Shown one piece after another: positions 20,725 to 31,079 of a DNA stretch of 64,000 nucleotides. The position numbers were made by a program, and so were the translations under genes. Positions within the stretch are counted from its first letter, which is position 1, and the number at the start of each line of letters is the position of its first letter. The notes under the pieces were generated by a model. It ran no database searches and was not told the origin of the DNA. It saw nothing but the letters and a program-made list of their open reading frames with translations. This DNA is from Clostridiales bacterium (lineage in GTDB: Bacteria > Bacillota > Clostridia > Oscillospirales > Oscillospiraceae), in NCBI GenBank assembly GCA_003150485.1, contig QALX01000007.1, positions 66,020 to 130,019 on the forward strand, in the 5' to 3' direction.

Positions 20725-21045
20725 GTGTTAAAGGAAACGGAATTCAGAATTCGCACGCTGCTTCAGGATGAGCATCTTGCCGATCAGATTCTGAATCTCA
20801 TCCGTCAGGATGAAGCAAGCCGCCACGCCGATCTGGTCCGGCGGCAGAGCGAAGGACTGAAAAATGCGCGGGACCGCGGCGTCCGTCTGGGCCGTCCTCC
20901 CGCAAAACGGCCGCGGAAATTCGCCTCGGTTTACGCCATGTACACCGCTGGGGAGATCAGCGCGCGCTCCGCTGCCCAGATGCTCCACGTCTCTCCCGGC
21001 ACCTTCAAGCGCTGGGTTCTGGAGGAAAGCGCTCAGGCCAAATGA
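20725..21045 (+). CDS. Stand-alone DNA-binding protein resembling the C-terminal (E-helix + HTH) half of serine resolvases
   Basis: RQSEGL..AR.RGV.LGRP followed by an HTH (SARSAAQMLHVSPGTFKRWV); no catalytic N-domain; TTGACA-17-TATAAT promoter at 20613-20641. Confidence 0.7.
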   Translation: MLKETEFRIRTLLQDEHLADQILNLIRQDEASRHADLVRRQSEGLKNARDRGVRLGRPPAKRPRKFASVYAMYTAGEISARSAAQMLHVSPGTFKRWVLEESAQAK

Positions 21046-21158
21046 GATACTTCTTCGTATTCTTTGAGAATCCCGGTCCATTCGGCCGGGGTTTACTTTA
21101 TATTTTCCATCCGCTATACTAAACGGTAACAAAATGTGAAGTACAGGAGGTGACGGGT

Positions 21159-21860
21159 ATGATTACCCCGCGTATTACCGCCGTCAACCCCTGGGAGGTG
21201 CTGCGCTACCTGGGCGCGGGCCAGGGGGAGACACCGGCGGAGCTGCTGGAAACCGTCCGCCGCTGCGGCGCGGAACTTCAGGCCGCCGCCCGGCCCAAGG
21301 CGGTCTGGCGCTTTTTTGACCTGAAGGGGACCACTCTGGAGGGCACGAATCTGGCCCTCACCGGACAGGACATTCAGCGGCATCTGACAGACTGCCACCA
21401 GTGCGTGCTGATGGCCGCCACCCTGGGAGCAGACGTGGAACAGCTGCTGATGCATGTCCAGGTGTCCGACATGGCCCGGGCGCTGATCCTGGACAGCTGC
21501 GCCAGCGCCGCCGTGGAAAACCTCTGCGACAACCTGGAGGCCGACCTCCGGACCCAGGTGGAGGCAGAGGGATGCTATCTCACCGACCGGTTCAGCCCCG
21601 GCTACGGCGACCTGCCCCTGGCCCTCCAGGGCGACTTCTGCGCCCTGCTGGACACCCAGCGACGGATTGGCCTGACCGTCAGCGAGAGCAGCCTCCTGAT
21701 TCCCCGCAAGTCGGTGACGGCCATTTTGGGCATCGCATCTTCCCCCAGAACCACCCGTTCCAGCGGCTGCCTGAACTGCAGCCTGTTTGAAACCTGCCAA
21801 ATCCGCAAAAGCGGCGCAGCCTGCCGGGCGGATGAGAGAGAGGAGAGAGACCACCCATGA
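21159..21860 (+). CDS. Vitamin B12-dependent methionine synthase activation domain protein
   Basis: MAATLG, RFSPGYGD and LIPRKSVTA motifs; C-terminal CxxC...C. Confidence 0.88.
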   Translation: MITPRITAVNPWEVLRYLGAGQGETPAELLETVRRCGAELQAAARPKAVWRFFDLKGTTLEGTNLALTGQDIQRHLTDCHQCVLMAATLGADVEQLLMHVQVSDMARALILDSCASAAVENLCDNLEADLRTQVEAEGCYLTDRFSPGYGDLPLALQGDFCALLDTQRRIGLTVSESSLLIPRKSVTAILGIASSPRTTRSSGCLNCSLFETCQIRKSGAACRADEREERDHP

Positions 21861-24220
21861 AATTACAAGAACTGATTCGCGACGGCTACCTTTTCCTGGA
21901 CGGCGCCATGGGCACTGAGCTCCAGGCCGCCGGACTGAAGCTGGGAGAGCGGCCGGAGCTCCTCTGCTTCACCGCACCGGAAACTGTGGCCGCCATCCAC
22001 CGCCGCTACATCGCCGCCGGCAGCCAGGTGATCTACGCCAACACCTTCCAGGCCAACGGCCACAAGCTGGAGGGCACCGGCTATACTCCGGCCCAGGTGG
22101 TCACCCGGGCCCTGGAAGTGGCCCGGGACGCCGCCGCCGGGACAGACACCCTGGTGGCCTTCGACTGCGGCCCCATCGGCACCCTGCTGGAGCCCCTGGG
22201 CACCCTGCGCTTCGATGACGCTTACGACCTGTACCGGGAAATGGTGGCGGCCGCCCAGGCTGCGGGAGCGGACCTAATCGTCTTTGAGACCTTTACCGAC
22301 CTGTACGACATGAAGGCCGCTGTCCTGGCCGCCAAGGAGCACACCTCCCTCCCGATCCTCTGCACCATGAGCTTTGAGGAAAACCAGCGCACCTTTACCG
22401 GCTGCACCGTCCCCGCCATGGCCCTCACGTTGGAGGGACTGGGGGTGGACGCCCTGGGCTTTAACTGCTCCCTGGGCCCGGCAGAGCTTCTCTCTCTGGC
22501 CCAGGAGCTGGTCCAGTGGACCTCCCTGCCCGTGGTAGTGAAGCCCAATGCCGGGCTGCCCGACCCGGCCACCAACCAGTACACCATTACCCCGGCGGAA
22601 TTTGCCCGGCAGCTGGTCCCCTTCACCCAGTTGGGGGTACGCATTCTGGGCGGCTGCTGCGGCACGTCGCCGGAGTTTATTCAGGCCCTGCGGGCGGAGC
22701 TGGGCGGTCTGCCGCCGGTGATGCCGGAGCGTGTACTGCGCCACGGCGTCTGCTGCCCCGCCCAGGTGGCGGAGCTCAGCGGCGTTCGGGTGGTGGGCGA
22801 GCGCATCAACCCCACCGGCAAAAAACGGTTCCAGCAGGCCCTGCAGGAACACGACCTGGACTATATCCTGAACCAGGGCATCGCCCAGCAGGACGCCGGG
22901 GCAGACATTCTGGATGTCAACGTGGGACTTCCCGGTATTGACGAGGCCGCCATGATGGCGGACACGGTGAAGGCCATCCAGGCAGTGATCCCCCTGCCCC
23001 TCCAGATCGACTCCACCGACCCGGCCGCCGTTGAGGCTGGCCTGCGTTACTGCAACGGCAAGGCCATCCTCAACTCGGTCAACGGCAAGACGGAAGTTCT
23101 GGACACCATCCTGCCCATCGTCAAAAAGTACGGCGCGGCAGTGGTGGGCCTGACCATGGACGAAAACGGCATCCCCCAGAGCGCCCAGGAGCGCTTCGAC
23201 ATCGCCCTGCGGATTCTGACCGCCGCCCAGCGTTACGGCATCCCCAAGGAGGACGTGATCATCGACTGCCTGACCCTCACCGTCTCCGCCCAGCAGGATC
23301 AGGCCAAAGAGACCCTGGAGGCCGTCCGCCGCGTCACTCAGGAGCTGGGGCTCCACACCATGCTGGGCGTCTCCAACATCAGCTTCGGCCTGCCGGAGCG
23401 CATCCGCATCACGGAAAACTTCCTGGTGCAGGCCCTGTACTGCGGCCTGGACCTGCCCATTCTCAACCCCAACCAGCGTCAGATCATGGACGCGGTGGCC
23501 ACCTTCCGGGTTCTCTCCGGGGAGGACGTGGACAGCGCCGCCTACATCGACCGGTTCGCCAACGCGGAGCCCGCTGCCGCCGCTCCCGCCGCCCCCGCCC
23601 AGCTGGATCTGGAGACGGCTGTGGCCCGGGGCCTGAAGGCCGAGTGTGCCCAGCTCACCGCCCAGCTCCTGGAGACCCAGGACCCGCTGGCTATCATCAA
23701 CGAACGGCTGATTCCCGCTCTGGACCAGGTGGGCAAGCGATACGAGGCCGGGCAGATCTTCCTGCCCCAGCTCATCAACTCCGCCAATGCCTCCAGCGAG
23801 GCCTTTGAGGTGATCAAATCCCACATCCTGGCCCAAGGCGGCCAGCAGGTATCCAAGGGGAAGATCATCCTGGCCACTGTCCAGGGGGACATCCACGACA
23901 TTGGCAAGAACATCGTCAAGGTGATTCTGGAGAACTACGGCTATCAGGTCATCGACCTGGGCCGGGACGTGCCGCCGGAAAAGGTGGTGGAGACCGCCAT
24001 GGCCGAGGACGTGTCCCTGGTGGGGTTGTCCGCCCTGATGACCACCACCGTCCCCAGCATGGCCAGTACCATCCAGGCCCTCCACGCCAGCGGCCACCCC
24101 TGCAAGACCCTGGTGGGCGGCGCCGTGCTGACGCCGGAGTACGCCGCGGAGATCGGCGCGGACTACTACGCCAAGGACGCCAAGCAGAGCGCCGACATCG
24201 CCCGGGAAGTGCTTGGGTAA
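21857..24220 (+). CDS. metH: Cobalamin-dependent methionine synthase (homocysteine-binding, pterin-binding and B12-binding domains)
   Basis: DGAMGT, GFNCS, GGCCGT, GERINPTGKK and GDIHDIGKNIV motifs. Confidence 0.92.
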   Translation: MKLQELIRDGYLFLDGAMGTELQAAGLKLGERPELLCFTAPETVAAIHRRYIAAGSQVIYANTFQANGHKLEGTGYTPAQVVTRALEVARDAAAGTDTLVAFDCGPIGTLLEPLGTLRFDDAYDLYREMVAAAQAAGADLIVFETFTDLYDMKAAVLAAKEHTSLPILCTMSFEENQRTFTGCTVPAMALTLEGLGVDALGFNCSLGPAELLSLAQELVQWTSLPVVVKPNAGLPDPATNQYTITPAEFARQLVPFTQLGVRILGGCCGTSPEFIQALRAELGGLPPVMPERVLRHGVCCPAQVAELSGVRVVGERINPTGKKRFQQALQEHDLDYILNQGIAQQDAGADILDVNVGLPGIDEAAMMADTVKAIQAVIPLPLQIDSTDPAAVEAGLRYCNGKAILNSVNGKTEVLDTILPIVKKYGAAVVGLTMDENGIPQSAQERFDIALRILTAAQRYGIPKEDVIIDCLTLTVSAQQDQAKETLEAVRRVTQELGLHTMLGVSNISFGLPERIRITENFLVQALYCGLDLPILNPNQRQIMDAVATFRVLSGEDVDSAAYIDRFANAEPAAAAPAAPAQLDLETAVARGLKAECAQLTAQLLETQDPLAIINERLIPALDQVGKRYEAGQIFLPQLINSANASSEAFEVIKSHILAQGGQQVSKGKIILATVQGDIHDIGKNIVKVILENYGYQVIDLGRDVPPEKVVETAMAEDVSLVGLSALMTTTVPSMASTIQALHASGHPCKTLVGGAVLTPEYAAEIGADYYAKDAKQSADIAREVLG

Positions 24221-24295
24221 GTCTTTCTGCGAAGCTTTTCATGGACAACAAAACGGGAGACCGAAGTGCGCATTTGCTTCGGTCTCCCGTTTTTT

Positions 24296-25483
24296 TCAGG
24301 TTTCGTCCGGTTCCACTAGCATCAGGCAGCCGTCCTCGTCAAACTTCAGGGTCTGCACATCGTAGTGCTGATGCTTCACAATCTCGTCCATCTGGATGGC
24401 CTCGGTCACCGTTACCACAAAGGTGTAGGCCACTCCGTGGCGCTTGGCACGGCCGGTACGGCCGATCCGGTGGACGTAGTACTCCTGTTCCTCCGGTACG
24501 TCGTAGTTGAACACCACGTCCACATCGTCGATGTCCAGGCCCCGGGCCGCCACGTCGGTGGCCACCAGCACCTGGAGCTTCCCCTCCCGGAACTGCTTCA
24601 GGGTGCGCTCCCGGGCCTTCTGGGGAATGCCGCCGTGGATGGGCTTGCAGGAGATGTCGTTCATCGAGAGCAGCCCCGCCAGCCGGTCCGCCATATTCTT
24701 GGTGTTGCAGAAGGCAATAGCCCGCTCATAGCTGCCGCCCTCCAGCAGGGCCATGAGCACGTTCACCTTCTCCTCCCTGCTGTCCAGCTCCAGGCGGTAC
24801 TGCTGGATGTCGGGCCGGTCTTCGTTGACCGGCCGGACAGTGATCTCCGCCGGGTCCCGCTGGTACACCCAGGAGATATCCATAACCTCCCGGGAGATAG
24901 TGGCGGAGAACAGCCCCAGGTTCTTCCGGTTGGGCACCATATCCAAAATCTTGGTCACGTCGTCGATAAACCCCATGTCCAGCATCCGGTCCGCCTCGTC
25001 CAGAATCACCGTCTCCACCTTGTTCAGCCGGAGGGTGCGGCGCTTCTTGTGGTCCATGAGCCGGCCGGGGGTGGCCACCACAATCTGCGGATTTTTCTTC
25101 AGCTGGCTGATCTGCTTGTCAATGGGCTGGCCGCCGTAAAGGCAGACCACCTGGATTCCCTTCTTCCGGGCCGCCAACTCCCGCAGATCGTCCCGAATCT
25201 GGATGGCCAGCTCCCGGGTGGGGGCCAAAATCAGGGCGGTCACATCGGTTCCCGCCGGGTCGGTGTGCTCCACCACCGGGATGCCAAAGGCAAAGGTCTT
25301 GCCGGTCCCCGTGGGGGCCTTGGCCACCACATCCTTGTACTCCATCAAAAAAGGAATACAGCCGCCCTGTACCGGCGTGGCCGTCTGAAACCCCTTCTGC
25401 TCCAGCACGCCCATGATTTCCGGAGAGAGCTGCAGGCTGTCATACCGTACTTCCTCCGTGGTTTCAATTCCATTTACTTCCAT
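24296..25483 (-). CDS. DEAD-box RNA helicase
   Basis: APTGTGKT, PTRELA, DEAD, FSAT, ARGLD and HRIGRTGR motifs. Confidence 0.95.
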   Translation of the reverse strand: MEVNGIETTEEVRYDSLQLSPEIMGVLEQKGFQTATPVQGGCIPFLMEYKDVVAKAPTGTGKTFAFGIPVVEHTDPAGTDVTALILAPTRELAIQIRDDLRELAARKKGIQVVCLYGGQPIDKQISQLKKNPQIVVATPGRLMDHKKRRTLRLNKVETVILDEADRMLDMGFIDDVTKILDMVPNRKNLGLFSATISREVMDISWVYQRDPAEITVRPVNEDRPDIQQYRLELDSREEKVNVLMALLEGGSYERAIAFCNTKNMADRLAGLLSMNDISCKPIHGGIPQKARERTLKQFREGKLQVLVATDVAARGLDIDDVDVVFNYDVPEEQEYYVHRIGRTGRAKRHGVAYTFVVTVTEAIQMDEIVKHQHYDVQTLKFDEDGCLMLVEPDET

Positions 25484-25565
25484 ATTCCTTTTCTGTCCTT
25501 TCCTGTATTCGTTAAAATTTTATCACACACCCCCGTTTTATGCAAGCCCGTTCCCCGCCATCGTC

Positions 25566-25813
25566 TTGCCTTTCCCGCGAATCTATGCTATACTAAGTTC
25601 AATTTGATTCGGAGGTGAAAGGATGATTTCTATTTCTTGCTAACTTTATAAGGGGCCTTGGAGGGATTGGGCCTTTCTCCCATCCTCTGTGCCTATGCAA
25701 GAAAGTGACATCATCTGATTTTCTCTGTCGTAGTGTGTCCGCCTGTCCTCAGGTGGGCTCTTGTTCTGCTGTCTCAGAGCTGTGAGAATGTACTTTCTTG
25801 CAGCTCTATTTTT
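25566..25813 (+). promoter_or_regulatory. Promoter plus uORF-dependent transcription attenuator of the lsa-like gene
   Basis: TTGCCT-17-TATACT; GGAGGTG RBS; uORF MISISC at 25623-25643; antiterminator strand 25696-25711; terminator 25776-25813. Confidence 0.75.
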
Positions 25814-25859
25814 GCGGCCCGCACGGCGGCCACAGACCGATCAAAGGAGGTTTCAAGTT

Positions 25860-27338
25860 ATGTCAATGATTCGCGTTGAGGATTTGACTTTTTCCTATCC
25901 AGGCAGCTACGACGCCATTTTTTCTCATGTCAGCTTTCAGATGGACACCAACTGGAAACTGGGGCTCATCGGCCGGAACGGGCGGGGGAAAACCACCCTT
26001 TTGCAGCTGCTGATGGGCCGGTACGAGTACAGCGGAACCATCACATCCTCCGTCCCCTTTGCCTACTTCCCCTACTCCGTCCCCTGCCCCCAGCGGCCTG
26101 CTGCCCAGGTGCTGGCGGAGCTCTGCCCCGCCGCCGAGGAGTGGGAGCAGCTGCGGGAGCTGTCCTACCTGGAGGTAGACCCGGAGGCGTTAGAGCGGCC
26201 CTTTTTCACCCTGTCCAACGGAGAGCAGACCAAGGTACAACTGGCGGCCCTGTTCCTAAACCAGGGGCGGTTCCTGCTCATCGACGAGCCCACCAACCAC
26301 CTGGACACGGCGGGCCGGGCCCTGGTGTCCGCCTACCTGAAGCGGAAGCGGGGATTTCTTCTGGTCTCCCACGACCGCAGCTTTCTGGACGGCTGCGTCG
26401 ACCATATTTTGTCCCTGAACCGGGCAGATATCGATGTTCAGAGCGGTAATTTTTCCTCCTGGCTGGTGAATTTCCAGCGGCAGCAGGCCTTCGAGCTGGC
26501 TCAGAGCCGGCGTCTGCAAAAGGAGGTCAGCCGCCTGCAGCAGGCCGCCCAGCGCACAACGTCCTGGTCGGATCAAGTGGAGCGCTCCAAATACGGCGGG
26601 AAAAATTCCGGTCTCAAAGTTGACCGGGGATTTGTGGGACACAAGTCTGCCAAGATGATGCGGCGGACCAAGCAGACCGCCACCCGGCAACAGCGGGCCC
26701 TGGAGGAGCGCGCTCAGCTACTGAAAAACCGGGAAACCTGGTCGGATCTGAAGCTCACCTCTCTGGCCCACCACGCCCAACAGTTGGTCACCTTCTCCGG
26801 GCTCTCCCTCCACTATGACGGTCGGGCAGTCTGTGGGCCTCTGGACTTCACCCTGCGTCAGGGGGAACGGGTAGCCCTGGAGGGGAAAAACGGCAGCGGG
26901 AAGAGCAGCATTTTAAAGGCAATCCTGGGCCGCCCGCTGGACCACACCGGTCGGATCACCCTGGCCTCCGGCCTGGTGATCTCTTACGTCCCCCAGGACA
27001 CCGATCACCTCCGGGGCTCCCTCTCCGCCTTCGCCCAGGCGCAGCACATTGAGGAATCCCTGTTCAAGGCCATTTTGCGCAAGATGGGCTTTGCCCGGGT
27101 CCAGTTCGAAAAGGATCTGGCTGACTACTCCGGCGGGCAGAAAAAGCAGGTACTTCTGGCCGCCAGCCTCTGTGAGCAGGCACACCTGTATATCTGGGAC
27201 GAACCGCTGAACTTCATCGACCTCTACACCCGGATGCAGATCGAAGCGCTGCTGGTACGCTGTGGGCCCACCCTGCTTTTTGTGGAGCACGATCGGGCCT
27301 TCCAGCAGGCTGTCGCCACCCGAACCATCCAACTGTAA
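25860..27338 (+). CDS. lsa: Lsa-family ABC-F ribosomal protection protein (lincosamide/streptogramin A/pleuromutilin resistance type)
   Basis: Two ABC domains and no TM helices; N-terminus LTFSYPGSYD.IF..VSFQ.DT.WKLG.IGRNGRGKTT; linker DRGFVGHKSAKMM. Confidence 0.85.
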   Translation: MSMIRVEDLTFSYPGSYDAIFSHVSFQMDTNWKLGLIGRNGRGKTTLLQLLMGRYEYSGTITSSVPFAYFPYSVPCPQRPAAQVLAELCPAAEEWEQLRELSYLEVDPEALERPFFTLSNGEQTKVQLAALFLNQGRFLLIDEPTNHLDTAGRALVSAYLKRKRGFLLVSHDRSFLDGCVDHILSLNRADIDVQSGNFSSWLVNFQRQQAFELAQSRRLQKEVSRLQQAAQRTTSWSDQVERSKYGGKNSGLKVDRGFVGHKSAKMMRRTKQTATRQQRALEERAQLLKNRETWSDLKLTSLAHHAQQLVTFSGLSLHYDGRAVCGPLDFTLRQGERVALEGKNGSGKSSILKAILGRPLDHTGRITLASGLVISYVPQDTDHLRGSLSAFAQAQHIEESLFKAILRKMGFARVQFEKDLADYSGGQKKQVLLAASLCEQAHLYIWDEPLNFIDLYTRMQIEALLVRCGPTLLFVEHDRAFQQAVATRTIQL

Positions 27339-27403
27339 CTTCCCCAGCACAAAAAAAGGGTTTGGCCACATTCTCTGTGGTCAAACCCAATTTTTTATTC
27401 CGT

Positions 27404-27892
27404 TCAGAACCAGCAGAACTGGTAGCGGAAGCGCACCTTGCTGCTGCGGCCGCACAGGGCCCGCAGGCTGACCGGTTCGCCGTCGTTGACAGTCAGGGTG
27501 TGGTCGGAAACCGTGCCCACGAAATAGGTCAGGTCAGGCATCTCCCGGTCAAAGCCGGAGACAATCATGGAGCCGTCCTCCCCATAGGAGAGGGTTTCCT
27601 CCCCCTCCAGTTGGGTCTGGACGCCGGCGCCAAAGTCGTAGTAGATGGTTTTCTCCACGTAGATGGCGCGGTCCCTGATCTGATAGCAGTCGGTGACCGG
27701 GCTCTTATTCACACTGTGGACAAAGGAAACACTGAACCAATCCCCCTCGTCCATGGCATAGCGGCCATAGTATTGACCGGTGTCGGCATTGCGCAGCACC
27801 AGGTACCAGCCATGGCACTCCCAGGAGGTGAGCAGGGCCAGCAGTCCCAGCAGAAGCGCAGCCAGTCCCAGACAGACGCACTTACGCCTCAC
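27404..27892 (-). CDS. DUF1850 domain protein (TAXI-TRAP associated)
   Basis: F.HSVNKSPV.D and FGAG motifs; overlaps the permease stop. Confidence 0.8.
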   Translation of the reverse strand: MRRKCVCLGLAALLLGLLALLTSWECHGWYLVLRNADTGQYYGRYAMDEGDWFSVSFVHSVNKSPVTDCYQIRDRAIYVEKTIYYDFGAGVQTQLEGEETLSYGEDGSMIVSGFDREMPDLTYFVGTVSDHTLTVNDGEPVSLRALCGRSSKVRFRYQFCWF

Positions 27893-29913
27893 GCCGCCTT
27901 CGCCGCCTTATCCCGTCTGTTCTCGATCACCTGGATCGCCGCCACGATCACCAGCACAATCAGGCCGGCCAGATCGGTCAGCGTACCGGGAACCAGCAGT
28001 GCCAGGCCGCCCATAGCACAGAGAATCCGTCCCAGCGGGTTCACATGCCGGAGCAGGTAGCCCTCCAAAGCCACGCTGATGGCGATCATTCCGATAAAGC
28101 TGCTCAGGACAATGAGCACCACTTCATACCACACTGTGTCGATAAACAGCATAGCCGGATTCAGGGCAAAGATGTACGGAACCAGGAAGGCCGCAATGGC
28201 CAACCGGGTGGCGTTCAAGGCAGTCCGCATGGGCGGAGCCTTGGCGATAGCCGAACCCGCATAGGCGGCCAGGGCCACCGGCGGGGTAATGTCCGCCACA
28301 ATCCCGAAGTAGAACACAAACATATTCGCTGCCATCACGTCCATCCCCATGCCGGTGGTCAGGATGGGGGCGCAGGTGGTGGCCATAATGACATAGTTAG
28401 CAGTGGTGGGAACGCCCATGCCCAGGATGATGCAGGTGACCATGGTCAGCAGCAGGGCGATGATCAGGTGGTTGCCCGCCACACCCACGATGGCGCTGAT
28501 AAAGACCTGGCCCAGGCCGGTCATGGTGACCACGCCGGCAATGATACCGGCGATGCCGCATGCCACGGCGATGGACAGGCAATTCTGTGCGCCGTTTGCC
28601 AGGGCGTCGAAGAAGGTCTTGACATCCATGGCATGGCATTCGTCCGCCACCTCACGACAGGCCTTGGATACCGAGCCGGATGTGGTCTTGGCTACGCCCC
28701 GGAGCAGATAAGGTACCAATGCCACCAAAATGCACAGCCCAGTGGAGATGATCGCAGAACGGGCCATGGTTTTGCCGCTGATAATCATCCACACCAGCAC
28801 TGCCAGCGGTGCCAGCAGGTAGATGCGGGGCAGCAGGGTCCGCACTTTGGGCAGTTCTTCCCATGCGACGCCCTTCAGCCCCATCCGCTTTGCCCGGAAG
28901 TGGACCATAAGGAAGATGCCGGAGAAATAGAGGAACGCCGGCAGAATGGCCCGGAGCACCACGTCCTTGTACTCCACGCCGATCATCTCGGCCATCAGGA
29001 AGGCGGCCGCGCCCATGATCGGCGGCATAATCTGTCCGCCGGTGGAGGCCGCCGCTTCCACCGCCCCGGCGAACTCGCCCGGGTACCCGGTTTTCTTCAT
29101 CATAGGGATGGTGACCGAGCCGGTGGTAACGGTGTTGCCCACCGAGGAGCCCGACACCATGCCGCACAGGGCAGAGGAGATCACCGCCACCTTGGCAGGG
29201 CCGCCGCTGGCCCAGCCGGCAATCCGGTTGGCGCAGGCGATGAAGAAGTCGCTGATGCCGGTGGCTTCCAGGAAGGCGCCGAAGATGACAAACAGCACAA
29301 TAAAGGTGGAACAAACCCCGATGGGGGTACCGATCACGCCGGTGGTGGTGTAAAACAGGTTGTAAATAATGGCCTTCAGGGTTTTACCCGCCACAAAGGC
29401 GTAGATAATAAAGCAGCCGGAGACACACAGGATGGGGAGACCCACCACGCGCCGGCAGCACTCGCCCAGCACCAGAATGCCGATGACCCCCAGCGCCACC
29501 TCCAGATCCGTGATCCGGGTAGCCCGAGCGAGGATACTCTGGTTGTTGACCACAAAGTAGAAGAAACTGCCCGCGCCAACCACCATCAGAATCATATCAT
29601 ACCAGGGAATGCGGTTGATCTTGCCGGGATGGCCCTTCCGGGCCGGGAAGATCAGAAAGACAAACAGCACCACAAACCCCAGAAAAAGGGGACGCCGGAA
29701 CTGCTCGCCCCAGTTGGCAAACAGGTTCATCCACATGATGAACAGACTGAAGGCGGCCAGCAGATAATGGATCACCGTCTTAGGCATCCCTTCATAGATA
29801 CGGGTATTGGATTCGCGGTCATACTTTTTCATGATTTCTTCTACGTCCGCCGCAGAGCCTACTTCGATATCCGCTTCAGGCGCAGTGACATTCGTGTCCT
29901 TTAAATCAGCCAA
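27889..29913 (-). CDS. TRAP transporter fused 4TM/12TM permease
   Basis: GGPAKVAV, STGGQIMPPIMGAAAF, LGMGVPTTANY and DITPPVALAAY motifs. Confidence 0.93.
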   Translation of the reverse strand: MADLKDTNVTAPEADIEVGSAADVEEIMKKYDRESNTRIYEGMPKTVIHYLLAAFSLFIMWMNLFANWGEQFRRPLFLGFVVLFVFLIFPARKGHPGKINRIPWYDMILMVVGAGSFFYFVVNNQSILARATRITDLEVALGVIGILVLGECCRRVVGLPILCVSGCFIIYAFVAGKTLKAIIYNLFYTTTGVIGTPIGVCSTFIVLFVIFGAFLEATGISDFFIACANRIAGWASGGPAKVAVISSALCGMVSGSSVGNTVTTGSVTIPMMKKTGYPGEFAGAVEAAASTGGQIMPPIMGAAAFLMAEMIGVEYKDVVLRAILPAFLYFSGIFLMVHFRAKRMGLKGVAWEELPKVRTLLPRIYLLAPLAVLVWMIISGKTMARSAIISTGLCILVALVPYLLRGVAKTTSGSVSKACREVADECHAMDVKTFFDALANGAQNCLSIAVACGIAGIIAGVVTMTGLGQVFISAIVGVAGNHLIIALLLTMVTCIILGMGVPTTANYVIMATTCAPILTTGMGMDVMAANMFVFYFGIVADITPPVALAAYAGSAIAKAPPMRTALNATRLAIAAFLVPYIFALNPAMLFIDTVWYEVVLIVLSSFIGMIAISVALEGYLLRHVNPLGRILCAMGGLALLVPGTLTDLAGLIVLVIVAAIQVIENRRDKAAKAA

Positions 29914-30074
29914 ATATTCCGCCTCCTTACTTTAATAAATTTTGCCGTGGGAGTTCTCCGCCGCCCGGATCCGAAGAGCCGGGCGCACAGAGAGGATAAA
30001 AAGGGCTGCAGCGGCCCAAATGGCGACTGCAGCCGCAGTTTTACGTTTTCATCCGTCGGTTCAGATTACTTCGC

Positions 30075-31079
30075 TTATTTGTTTACTTCGATGTTCTTCT
30101 CCTGGAAATACTTTGCAGCACCGGGATGGAAGGGCACGCTGATGCCAGCGGTAGCTTCGTCCAGCTTCAGGTTGTTGAACTTCTCGTGGCCCGCAATCAG
30201 AGCTTCCTGGTTGTCGAACATGGACTTGAGCAGCTCATACACCACGTCCTCAGACAGCTTGGTGGAGGCAATCAGAGTGGCACGGACAGAAACAGTCTGA
30301 GCATCTTCGTCCAGGCCCTCATAGGTGCCGGCGGGAATGGTGGTCTTGGTGTAGAAGGGATAATCTGCCATCAGCTTTTCGCTGTGCTCGTCATCAATGT
30401 TGACAATGTACACATCGGAGGTGGTAGCCAGGTCGACCACGGCGGTGGTGGGTGCGCCTGCCACGATGAAGGCGGCGTCGATCTTGCCGTCCTTCAGGCT
30501 GTCGGCGGAGTCGCCGAAGCTGGCGTTGACCACGTTGATGTCCTCAAAGGTCAGGCCGTACACATCCAGAACCTGCTTCGCGTTGAACTCGGTGCCGGAG
30601 CCGGCGTCGCCCACGCAGACGGTCTTGCCCTTCAGGTCGGCGACAGTCTTGATGTCGGCGTCGGTGGTGATCAGCTGGACAGTCTCGTCATACATGCCGC
30701 ACACGGCGGAGAAGGAGTCGTACTTGCCCTCTGCCTCGAACAGATCGGTTCCGGTGTTGGCATAGTACATGACATCATTCTGGACGATGGCCAGATCGGC
30801 CTCACCGTCGGCAATGAGCTGGATGTTGGCCTTGGACGCGCCGGTAGAGGTCACGGTCAGGCTGCTCAGGGACAGCTTGTCATTGAGCACGGTGGACATA
30901 ACGCCGCCTACTGCATAGTAGGTGCCGGTGGTGCCGCCGGTGCCCAGGGTCAGGCTCTGCTTTGCGCTGCCGTCTGCGGCGGAACCGGAGCCGGAAGCTG
31001 CGCCACCGCCGCCGCAGCCGGTGAGCAACAGGCTGCAGGCCATGGCAGTCGCGAGAATCAGTGCGAGTGCTTTTTTCAT
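30075..31079 (-). CDS. TAXI-family TRAP solute-binding lipoprotein
   Basis: Lipobox LTGC; GTGGTTGTYY, TGASKAN, GSGT and PFHPGAAKY motifs. Confidence 0.93.
   Translation of the reverse strand: MKKALALILATAMACSLLLTGCGGGGAASGSGSAADGSAKQSLTLGTGGTTGTYYAVGGVMSTVLNDKLSLSSLTVTSTGASKANIQLIADGEADLAIVQNDVMYYANTGTDLFEAEGKYDSFSAVCGMYDETVQLITTDADIKTVADLKGKTVCVGDAGSGTEFNAKQVLDVYGLTFEDINVVNASFGDSADSLKDGKIDAAFIVAGAPTTAVVDLATTSDVYIVNIDDEHSEKLMADYPFYTKTTIPAGTYEGLDEDAQTVSVRATLIASTKLSEDVVYELLKSMFDNQEALIAGHEKFNNLKLDEATAGISVPFHPGAAKYFQEKNIEVNK

Noticed and set aside
21046..21158. SAM riboswitch or Met T-box before the methionine synthase genes
   Set aside because: Only a hairpin and a TTTACT..TATACT promoter are visible; no aptamer signature
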